Assembly: GCA_020184695.1 (NCBI GenBank)
Contig: JAANOX010000087.1
Coordinates: 372,001-436,000 of the forward strand
DNA from: Histomonas meleagridis 2922-C6/04-290x
Taxonomy: Eukaryota > Protista > Parabasalia
DNA length: 64,000 nt
Direction: 5' to 3'
A program made the translations under genes and the position numbers. Shown here one piece after another: positions 34,570 through 44,153 of the stretch. A model generated the notes under the pieces. It saw only the letters and a list, made by a program, of their open reading frames with translations, made no database searches and was not told the origin of the DNA. Numbering within the stretch: position 1 is the stretch's first letter; the number at the start of each line of letters is the position of its first letter.

Positions 34570-37224
34570 TCATTTATGTGGCATAAAATATATTGATGAA
34601 CCGAAAACCACAAACCCTTCTTCAACAAATTCCGCTGCCTCCCCATCTGCCACAGGGACCATCGATTCAAATTGATTTTGAATTTGGAAATCTTCTGGAT
34701 TGATTTTATATATATTAACTTTTTGATCATAACTAAACGTTAGCATCAACAGTGTTCCTTGTTCTGCTTTAATTGTCACTGCCTTAATTCCGCCCTGATG
34801 TGCGCCTTCAACTTGTAATTTTGGAACAACATTTAACGGCTGGAAAGTAACCTCCCAAACCGCCACAACTGCTTCACCGGCGGTTACTGCAAACAATCTA
34901 TCGTTGTATTTAAACAACTTTACACAATGTAAACCGCAACAATCAATTGAAATATTCTCAATAAACGGATTCTCCCCTTCGACGATGAAATAAACGTATC
35001 CCGTTGATGTGACTATTCCGACAACTTCGTTTAGAACAGTTGATGATATCGGAACACCATTTAATTCCAATCTGTCCAACATTTCTAATTCATCATTAAT
35101 AAATCTATAAGTGAGAATTGAAGCATTACTAAGGCCAACAAAAAGTTTCTCATTACATATAGATAATGAAGTAATCCTCATTTGATATTTGTTAGGATTG
35201 TCACCAATAACAAACGAGGCTATCCTAAATAATCTTTCATTATAATATTTCCAAATATAAAGATATCCTTTTGATCCACCACTATATAAAATCGAATTAT
35301 TTCGGTCAAAACAGATTGCATGTGTACCAAAATCTATAGATTGGACTAAATCGACACAAAAAATTTCATTATCAATAATTTTCCATAATCGAATATCTCG
35401 ATCGCATGAACCAGTGATAACTAAATTTCCACATTTTGTCATACATAGACCTCGTAGTCCATGAAATGGTATTCCAAATGATATTGCTGGGACACAAATT
35501 TGATGTTGGAATAGTTTAATTGATCCTTCCGAAAGCCATGCAACAGAATAATGGTTAAAATCGTTCATTGTAATGGCAAAGATACTATGCTGTGATGGAA
35601 CTTTATGTTTGCCAAGCATTGTTTGAGTGGTCATATCCCATAATGCAATACTATCCTTTGTAATAGCTGTGACAACAACAGAGTTACCAACGGATTGAAT
35701 ATGAGCTGTAGAGCGGCATTGATTGGGTATACGCCAAACGGTTTTGATATGCCAATATTGGTCCATCTGACCAACTATTGTAACAAGTCCATCTGAGCGT
35801 CCAGCGAAGTAAATGTGGTCATCCAGGAATGTAATGCATCGGAAACCATCATTTGATACCGATGTAAGAATTGATGAAGATTGAAATTGTTGATAACCTT
35901 CTTCGAACTCCAAAACAACAATACGTGAAGCGTGCGATCCTAATGCTATAATTGGCATTGTTGGATGCATTGAAATTGCCATTGGTGGTTTCAAGAAATA
36001 ATCTGATATAGACATGTTCAACACTTCGTTTCCATCAAGTGTACGAATTATTAGAGTATTATTGGAATAAACAGAGGATAAAAAGAATTCACTAATAGCT
36101 AATGAGATACATGCATTTGGGGTGGGCCCAAAGACGTGAACGTTTATGCCATCATAGAAAAAGTGGTGTCGGCTTCGGGATGCCCCAAACGCAAAGTTTC
36201 CTTTTGTTTGGATTAAATGCCATCCGAAAACTTCTTCTGATGGGCCAAGGATTATTTCATTTTGAGGGAGAAGTGCAAGAGTTCCATCAACGGTACCATA
36301 TAATAAATCACCATTTTGAAGGAATGAAATTGAAAGTGGGAATTTCGGATCTTTAGAGCTTTTGTTATTGGTAAATTGGAATATTTGCACGTCATTACCG
36401 TTCTTATATAAAGTAAAATGCCTAAGAATTCCATCTTGGCCGCCAGTTACAACTTCATTTCCAATGGCATCAAAGGCGGTTATGTTCTTGATGCGGTGAA
36501 GATGATAGCACATCTCGGATTCGTCGAGAAGATGAATACAGCCATCTTCGCCATAAGTAATCGGGCCAATTGGAAGAAACTTGGCTCCCCATACACGAGA
36601 TGTATAATTTGTGAATGTTTTGATTTTTTCAATTTGAACATCATGAACTTTCCAAAGTGAAGCTGTATGGAATTCATGCGCTGTGATAAGATCTCTGGTT
36701 TGTGGATTATAATCAATTCCAAAAATAGCGCCAGAATCAGTTGAAACTTCGAAATAATTTTCAAGTGCAAATGTTAATGTACCAAATGAATCTGCATAAA
36801 TGTAATGCTGGTTATCAAAAATATATGCAGCTGTAACTATCTTCCAATCTTTTGGATCGATTTGTGTGATATTTTCATTATCCATAATTACAAGTTGACC
36901 ATGACGCAAAATGAGTGCAATCGTTGAGGGCGAAGTTCTTTTTCCGGTTAAAATCCAGTCTTCTAGTTCATATTTTTGGAGTTCGCGGAAATTTTGGAAA
37001 TCAGGGGAAAGTTCAATAAACTTAATCTGGTTTTCAGCAAAAACAATAAAGCCGAATTCATCACATATAATTCCAAAAACTCGAAAATGATTTGGAAATA
37101 TAAATAAACGTGATATTAACTGATGATCTTTGTAAATGTAAAGATATGGTCCTACGCCGGCAATGATTATATCTGTTGAGCCATTATAAAAAGAAACGCA
37201 AGATGCTCCATAAACCAATGACAT
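34570..37224 (-). CDS. WD40-repeat protein, WDR6/Trm734-like
   Basis: 884 aa with multiple WD-like repeats (SRVWGA, YGEDG, VTGGQDG, FHG.....VITGSCDRDIRLW, SYDQKV). The assignment to WDR6 rests on recalled motif pattern, not a search. Confidence 0.7.
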   Translation of the reverse strand: MSLVYGASCVSFYNGSTDIIIAGVGPYLYIYKDHQLISRLFIFPNHFRVFGIICDEFGFIVFAENQIKFIELSPDFQNFRELQKYELEDWILTGKRTSPSTIALILRHGQLVIMDNENITQIDPKDWKIVTAAYIFDNQHYIYADSFGTLTFALENYFEVSTDSGAIFGIDYNPQTRDLITAHEFHTASLWKVHDVQIEKIKTFTNYTSRVWGAKFLPIGPITYGEDGCIHLLDESEMCYHLHRIKNITAFDAIGNEVVTGGQDGILRHFTLYKNGNDVQIFQFTNNKSSKDPKFPLSISFLQNGDLLYGTVDGTLALLPQNEIILGPSEEVFGWHLIQTKGNFAFGASRSRHHFFYDGINVHVFGPTPNACISLAISEFFLSSVYSNNTLIIRTLDGNEVLNMSISDYFLKPPMAISMHPTMPIIALGSHASRIVVLEFEEGYQQFQSSSILTSVSNDGFRCITFLDDHIYFAGRSDGLVTIVGQMDQYWHIKTVWRIPNQCRSTAHIQSVGNSVVVTAITKDSIALWDMTTQTMLGKHKVPSQHSIFAITMNDFNHYSVAWLSEGSIKLFQHQICVPAISFGIPFHGLRGLCMTKCGNLVITGSCDRDIRLWKIIDNEIFCVDLVQSIDFGTHAICFDRNNSILYSGGSKGYLYIWKYYNERLFRIASFVIGDNPNKYQMRITSLSICNEKLFVGLSNASILTYRFINDELEMLDRLELNGVPISSTVLNEVVGIVTSTGYVYFIVEGENPFIENISIDCCGLHCVKLFKYNDRLFAVTAGEAVVAVWEVTFQPLNVVPKLQVEGAHQGGIKAVTIKAEQGTLLMLTFSYDQKVNIYKINPEDFQIQNQFESMVPVADGEAAEFVEEGFVVFGSSIYFMPHK

Positions 37225-37572
37225 CGATGTTCAAATTTGTAACCGTTAACTATGGACCAAAACAATTTTTCCATTTCTTCGCTTATTCTTATATTAAAAG
37301 TACAAGCTATAACTATTAATCTATTTCATGGTTTAAATGTATTTATTTAGACGGAAGAGTTAATCATAAAATTCGCCAACATTATACACACCATAAATTA
37401 TAGTTCATGAATCCGCGAAACTGATGTTTCTAATAGTATACCGAATAATATAAAAGATAAATTAAAAATGGTATAATAATTTTATTAATCTTTTTTATTC
37501 ATTAATTTTTGAACTTTTGCAATGAAATTAATGTTTTCCTAATTTGCTTTCATTTTTAATATGATTTCTTGT

Positions 37573-37990
37573 TAATGTTGCTAATTTGAGATTTCTGTAA
37601 ACAAAAAATGTGATGTGTCAAAAAATGTTTATGGATCAAGTCTGACGAACATTTTCTTAATAAAAAGTTTTAATACATTATTATATAATATATAATGTTG
37701 AATGTTTAATATTTAAAAACATGGTTTTGTTATGTTATAATTGGTTTTATGTGAGAATTCTCTTATCTTGATTTTTTTAAATTCAATAGTTTATGTAATT
37801 TTTGAATATAAAATGATCGACTTCTATCAAATACATGTCGACATATCCATCGAAAAATATATTCCAATTCCTCTAATTTTGAAATTATGGGTTGGTCTTT
37901 GTTTTTTGGAGTTGCAAAATTCAAAATTTATAATTACATAACGATTATTTTTGCTAATTTTTTTGTGCATTAATTTAACATTCTAATTTT
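37573..37990. repeat. Dispersed non-coding repeat, copy 2 (related to 23513-23800)
   Basis: Same shared blocks as copy 1, with different internal spacing. Confidence 0.72.
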
Positions 37991-38689
37991 GAAGTGACTA
38001 TTAGCTATCAATTTCATATGCTACACTTTTCGTAAAAATTTTCATTGACACCTTGGGTTTAATTTAAAAAATCATGTACTACACAAAAATTACCGCTCTT
38101 GTATTATTGTTACTGTGAATATCCTTGCAATCCTATACGATGAGAAATTATGTCCACTAAATTGAAGATGATTTAATCGTTCATCAATAATACAATTTTA
38201 TTCTATATTTTCTATATCTTCGCGTGAATCCATACCAAAAAAGTATTCATTTTCTTAAAGCAAATTATTTTCATAATATCATTCTCAATTGGTTCGCTTT
38301 CTGAGGAAAGGAAATCATTAGAATCCGAGTTAAGCCCATCTAAAATTAACTCACTTGCCACTGATATATTTTTATTTTTTTTCGCCATATTTGCTTTAAC
38401 ATAACTAGTAGTAATATGATCATTTCATTTTTAGAAATGCTATTTCTATTCTTACTGCATATGATTTTTTTCCATGATATTTGTTTGCATGTTGAAATCA
38501 GAATATGGGATGAGATTTCATGGAAGAATTCATTGAATCATTCCTTAATTAAAATGATATCGATCAAAAATAATTGAAAAGGTTGATGAAAAAAAAATTT
38601 GGATAGAAAACATTCAAAAAGTGGCCTGCTATAAATTTAAAATTGATTCCTCTCGTAATTAAATCAAACAGAAGTCAAAATTGGCTTTA

Positions 38690-40710
38690 TTAAATTATGG
38701 ATAACAAACCACCAATTATTAATATTAGTATGAAATACGGCAATTGGAAATGATGATTTAAAGTTCTTCCAATTTCTTCATTAATAAGTTTTAGGTTTTT
38801 AACTTTATAATTGTTACATGTCAATTCGAAATTTAAAGATGGAATAATAAATCTTTTATTTGCACCTATTTTTTGGTTGAGTCTTAATTGAGACATACCA
38901 ATTAATTCTATTTTATTCGTAATATTTTTTTTTATATTGTATCTAAATATTACATTTTTGTTATAAAAGATATGGCTATAGTGCATGTAAATATTCTTTG
39001 AAAGTTAGTAATTGGATTTTCGGGATTTATAGATATTTTAGTTTAATACTTGCATCGGATAACATTCTTTCATTATTTTCTAATAAGCAAGAATATAAGA
39101 AACACTTTTTAACAGTGATTTTAAGTTTTGCATAATTGCAAATATTGTCTACAATTTCTATAATATTTTCATCCCATTCTCCGATTTACTAATCAAAAGA
39201 ATATCATCTGCGTAAGCTTGAATAACTATCTCATTTACTCCTTCGTTCTTATGTCTAGAATTGACAACTCTAAATAAAGGGTCAATTGCTATATCAAATA
39301 ATAAAGGAGAAATTGAACATCCTTGTTTAACACCTTTCCTAAGGATGATTTTTTTTTTTTGATTTAAATTCCATAGTTCGAATTATATTAAAAGAGTCAC
39401 TGTAACAATTTTTAAAAATATTAATAAAAGTTTTATCAAAACCTAAATGTTTTAAATTGTTGAATATAAATTCATGAGGAATTTCGCCGAAAGTATTCGA
39501 TAAATTAATGAATGTAATATAAATATTTTTTTTTGTCTAACTAACATAATTGGTAAGTTCTTGAACTGTAGCTGTATGTTGTAAACAACCATTATAACCA
39601 TTAATAAAATATTTTTGGTAATTAGAGATGATATTCAATTTCGAATCATATTGTTGTAAGGCGAAAGCGATTTGAATTATGATGAACTTTCTAACTAGTT
39701 GCAGTAATTGTAATTGGTCTCCAATTACTACAATTTTTGGGATCATCATTTGTTTGTGAATTATAACTACTTTGGAAGTTTTCCAATGGGTTGGAAAACA
39801 TTTGGTGCTCTTGAAGTAATTTCAAAATATTTTGAAGCCCATTTTGGACATTCAGAGAATACTGCATGAGATAGACCATCTAAACCATGAGCTGAGTTTA
39901 ACTTTCTTTTTAATAATCGATCTAAAGTAAGATGTTTTATGTTCATTACATTTGACCAGAATAGGTCTAAATCTTCTTCATTGATCAGTTTCAAATTATT
40001 CCAGATAGATTCTTCATCTTTTTGGAAATATGAAATTTTAGACCATATATCATTATAATATTCTGTATCCTTCTGTGAAATATTATAACAATAAGAGGTT
40101 ATAGAATATGTTTTTTTCTCAACATTTTTTGGGATCATCATAATATAGATCCTGTTTTTTGCAATTCTGCTCCTTTCTCCTATCATTTTTGTATTGATTA
40201 ATTCTTGTAACGAAAGGATCTAAACATTCAATAAAATTATCATACCAATCATCTTGTTGGTTTTCTAAATTATGAAGACTGAGAGCATATTTAGTGCCAA
40301 CATGTTTGAAAATACGAGGTGTAATATATAAATTAGCTGTAATTATCACATGGAGCATAAGCATGTAATCCATTCTTTTAAATAATTGATTAATATTTGG
40401 TAATGTTAATATATATCCATTGCATAACTCAAATGGGACGAAATATCGCCCATTATTAAAATTGAAGATGATCATCTACATGGCAGGCTTTATAAGTATA
40501 TTATCCCATAGCTCAAAGGGAAATATCAAAAGTGAAAGGGGAAGGACATCGTTTTCATTTCATCTCATATATTGTAATTGGTGACTTGTAAAATTTCTTC
40601 AATGTTTTGTAAAAAATCAATATCTAATTTGTTTTGATTCGTCAGGTGGTGTTGTCCCAAGTTTCTGAGCCTTTGGGTTTGATCTGGTCTGGTGGGAGGC
40701 AATATGTAAA
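38690..40710 (-). mobile_element. Decayed non-LTR retrotransposon (reverse transcriptase), multiple stops and frameshifts
   Basis: RT motifs in order: KRKLNSAHGLDG, DPKNCSNWRPITI, GFINGYNGCLQH, FINLSNTFGEIPH, RKGVKQGCSISPLLF (~39296-39340), YADD (39203-39214). Boundaries are approximate. Confidence 0.88.
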
Positions 40711-40769
40711 ATGAAATATTTGAATTGAACCTAATTAAAAATATTCGAGATTAAAAAAATGAAAAAAAT

Positions 40770-40842
40770 TGGTCCCGCAGGGACTTGAACCCTAGACCTT
40801 TGCGTTATCAGCACAACGCTCTACCGACTGAGCTACGAGACC
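40770..40842 (-). tRNA. trnI-GAU: tRNA-Ile(GAU)
   Basis: GGTCTCGTAGCTCAGTCGGTAGAGCGTTGTGCTGATAACGCAAAGGTCTAGGGTTCAAGTCCCTGCGGGACCA. It has a 7-bp acceptor stem, a D arm, anticodon loop CTGATAA, T loop GTTCAAG, discriminator A and downstream T-runs (Pol III terminator). Confidence 0.96.
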
Positions 40843-41120
40843 TTCGTTCATTCTTTTAGGATATATAATTTGGTATAAATTAATCAACATTATGAAATAA
40901 ATAATCAGAAAAAGTACAACTGAGCACAACAATTTGGAGGTTAAAATGATTTCAAACTTTGGGTTCTCCATCTTTTGATTTCGCAAATAGAACCAAAACA
41001 TTGAATAATATACTATATGTTTAATAAGTAATGACAAAACAAAATGAATTTACAACAAAAAACACATCAAAATTAGATTAGCCACTAAATTTATAAATAA
41101 TTATTACATATACATCGATA

Positions 41121-42083
41121 TCAAAAATCATCACCGACTTCATCCTCATACTCATCCTGTGATATCATAAGTTCATTCCAGCATTCAATGAAGTTTTTAA
41201 GGTTAATTTTGAAGAACAATAATCCTATGCTATTAATTGCCTGGAAAATTTCTTGTGAAGAAGAAGCATTCAAAATTAGGGCTTCTTGTGTCTTCATCAT
41301 TGCCAGCAAAAGCGAGTGAGTGCTTCTTTGTCCAAAGTAAACATATCGATCCATTATCAGATATATCATAGATGATGGCATTTGATTACCTAACCCTCCA
41401 GAAAGGAACCAGACGGGCGCATATAGGATGGGCTCGACTTTGAACTGCTCTAAAACATTGGAAATCTTCGGAAGACGTTTTTTCAAAAATCTTTTGTGCA
41501 CATCAAGATGATGAAGTAGACCAGTCATGTCAGCGTGCATTACAAAGGATTGGTTGTGCTTGTAGTCATTAAAAAGATTGTACATGGTCCAGAATGCTTC
41601 ACAATCATCAAGAACTTGTGTGAAAATCGCAGCAAAAAAATTCATCCCTTGAGTGTACTCAAGACCTTCATCAACCATAATGTAACGAACAAGTAAGTTT
41701 TCGATCCTAAGTCGATTATTTGGATCATGCATCCATAAACAGTTTTTATATGTTCTTTCAACATCATTGTGAATTTGCTTCTTGAATGCGTTGATTTGGT
41801 CGGTTGATAAGCTTGATGATAAAGGAATTGTGTTGATAATTGTATCTTCAGCTTTTGATATTTTCAAGTATGCAAGCTTTCTTATTTCTCTTGGAAATCC
41901 TTGTAAAGCTAGTTGATCTGCTTTTTGTTCTAATTCAGGAGAAGCATCAGGATATTGTTCGAAATAATTTATCCATAAATTAATTATAGTTTTTGAATAT
42001 GTTATACCAAGCTGAGGTATTTTTTTGATTCCCTCTGGTAAGATCCAGCTGTTTTCATCGATAATTGGGGAGGAACGGCTCAT
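41121..42083 (-). CDS. Rab-GAP TBC domain protein
   Basis: GFPREIRKLAY, QIHNDVERT (Arg finger), YTQGMN (Gln finger), EAFW. Confidence 0.93.
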   Translation of the reverse strand: MSRSSPIIDENSWILPEGIKKIPQLGITYSKTIINLWINYFEQYPDASPELEQKADQLALQGFPREIRKLAYLKISKAEDTIINTIPLSSSLSTDQINAFKKQIHNDVERTYKNCLWMHDPNNRLRIENLLVRYIMVDEGLEYTQGMNFFAAIFTQVLDDCEAFWTMYNLFNDYKHNQSFVMHADMTGLLHHLDVHKRFLKKRLPKISNVLEQFKVEPILYAPVWFLSGGLGNQMPSSMIYLIMDRYVYFGQRSTHSLLLAMMKTQEALILNASSSQEIFQAINSIGLLFFKINLKNFIECWNELMISQDEYEDEVGDDF

Positions 42084-42461
42084 GAATTGTTGTTCAGCTG
42101 GATAGAAGATCTTATAATAACTTTTTCAATGCATTAAGCAAGACTTTCAAAAAATTCTTTCAAAAAACGGTTCCCTTCAAATTTCTGCAAGTAAAAACTT
42201 TTGTCTGTAATACATTACCTGAGATAAATTTGCGTCGAAAAAAAAATTTTTACTTTTTTACTTAAGATATTTTTTGTAATGATTTTCGATATAATATTTT
42301 TCAATTCATTAAACACTTTTCTGAAGAGAAATTTTATGCTGAAATAAAATAAAAAAAAAAAAATTTGTCTTATTTAATATATAGTTTAAATTTAAACATT
42401 TTTCAGTAGAAATTATAACGAAAACTATTTTTATTTTATATCTAATTTATTTTTTATTAAA

Positions 42462-44024
42462 TTAATATTTTTTAGATGAAGAAAAGAAGAAATTATTACG
42501 TCTGCCATTATTATGTCCAAATTGTCTTCCGCCGCGAAAACTTCCACGAGATGCACCTCTTGGAGTTTGTTTTGCAAGCTCTTGAAGCCAATCTGGTACT
42601 GTCTGCCCTGATTGAGTCAAAACTTTAGCGAGTTTACGACTCATGTTTTTGTTTTCATCTGTGAAAAATGTAAGTGCCATTCCATTATTACTTCCACGTG
42701 CTGTTCTTCCAATTCGATGAATATAACTTTCAATGTCACCAGGAAAATCAAAGTTAACAACAATGTCAATATCAGAAACATCTAAACCACGTGCAGCTAC
42801 ATCTGTTGCAACAAGTGCTCCTGCTTTACATTCTTTATATTTATGTAAAATATATTCTCGCTCATTTTGTGGTTTGTCTCCATGTATTGACATTGATGGA
42901 ATACCTCGACTATCTAATGCATCTGATAAATTATCAGCACTTCTTTTAGTTTTGGTGAAGACGATAACTTTTTTATCGGTTTTGTCCTTCAAAAATTCAA
43001 TGATTTTGTTCATCTTTTCAAATTCTTCAACTTTTTCAATAATTTGTGTAATGGCAGAATTTGTTGTAAGCTCATTGGAACCAATAACCATGTGAATAGG
43101 GTTGTTGAGAAAATCTTTCGCGAGCTGGCGTATTTCTTTTGGCCATGTAGCCGAAAACATCATGGTCTGTCGATCTTCGCTAATGTTTTCAATGATTTGT
43201 CTGATTTGTGGTTCAAAACCCATATCAAGCATTCTGTCTGCTTCATCTAAGACTAAAAAATTGATTCTTTCCGTGGTAATAATTCCTTGTTCCATATAAT
43301 CAATTAATCGACCTGGTGTTGCAATAACGAGTGCTGGACTTCTCCTAAGTTGGGATATTTGGGCACCACGACCTGCACCACCAAAAATACAGCATTCATT
43401 ACAACCAATTCCTGCCGCAAAGCTTGAGGCAACTTCACTAATTTGTTGAGCAAGTTCTCGAGTTGGTGATAAAACAAGAGCGATTGGACCATCACCTCTT
43501 TGCATTGGTGGTTGTCTTTTAATATGAACCATAGCTGGAATAATGAATGCACCAGTTTTTCCAGATCCTGTTTTGGCAATACCAATAAGATCTCGACCTG
43601 CAAAGGCAACTGGCATCGAAATAGATTGAATAGGTGATGGCCTAACCCATTGATTTTGTTGAATTTGTTTCATGATTGAACCTGGAAGATTCAGTTCTTC
43701 AAATGTAAGTGCTGCTGGAGGGCAATTTTCTCCAATGATTTTAATTAAATTATCTTTAAAGAATTTTTTCTCTTCTTCAGGGCTTGCTGTAGGTGTTATT
43801 TGAATATCCATCTTCACACCAACAACAGGTTCTTTTCGAAGTGGTCCACTTGAAAAATTCATACCTTTTCCAAAGCGTTTGTTTCCAAAATGGTCTTTTC
43901 TCTCAATATTAAAAGAGCGTGATCTTGGCATTGAATTATTCCTTCCATTATTGTGAAAATTATTTCTATTGTGGTATTCATCTTCACCATCACTAAACCT
44001 AGCATTGCTCCAAGAATTTGACAT
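42462..44024 (-). CDS. DBP2: DEAD-box RNA helicase, Dbp2/p68 (DDX5/17)-like
   Basis: PSPIQ, AKTGSGKT, PTRELAQQI, TPGRLID, LDEADRMLDMGFEPQIR, SAT, ARGLD, YIHRIGRTAR; RG-rich tail. Confidence 0.9.
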   Translation of the reverse strand: MSNSWSNARFSDGEDEYHNRNNFHNNGRNNSMPRSRSFNIERKDHFGNKRFGKGMNFSSGPLRKEPVVGVKMDIQITPTASPEEEKKFFKDNLIKIIGENCPPAALTFEELNLPGSIMKQIQQNQWVRPSPIQSISMPVAFAGRDLIGIAKTGSGKTGAFIIPAMVHIKRQPPMQRGDGPIALVLSPTRELAQQISEVASSFAAGIGCNECCIFGGAGRGAQISQLRRSPALVIATPGRLIDYMEQGIITTERINFLVLDEADRMLDMGFEPQIRQIIENISEDRQTMMFSATWPKEIRQLAKDFLNNPIHMVIGSNELTTNSAITQIIEKVEEFEKMNKIIEFLKDKTDKKVIVFTKTKRSADNLSDALDSRGIPSMSIHGDKPQNEREYILHKYKECKAGALVATDVAARGLDVSDIDIVVNFDFPGDIESYIHRIGRTARGSNNGMALTFFTDENKNMSRKLAKVLTQSGQTVPDWLQELAKQTPRGASRGSFRGGRQFGHNNGRRNNFFFSSSKKY

Positions 44025-44153
44025 GGAAGATTTTAATTAAAATCTGTGGTCGTGCATTTTCAGTTAAGAATTCTTGGCGGTCCTTTTTATGAAATGTGAT
44101 ATGAACTATTCCAACGTATTACGGGGTGCCTTGAAACCAAAGACAGTTTTTTA

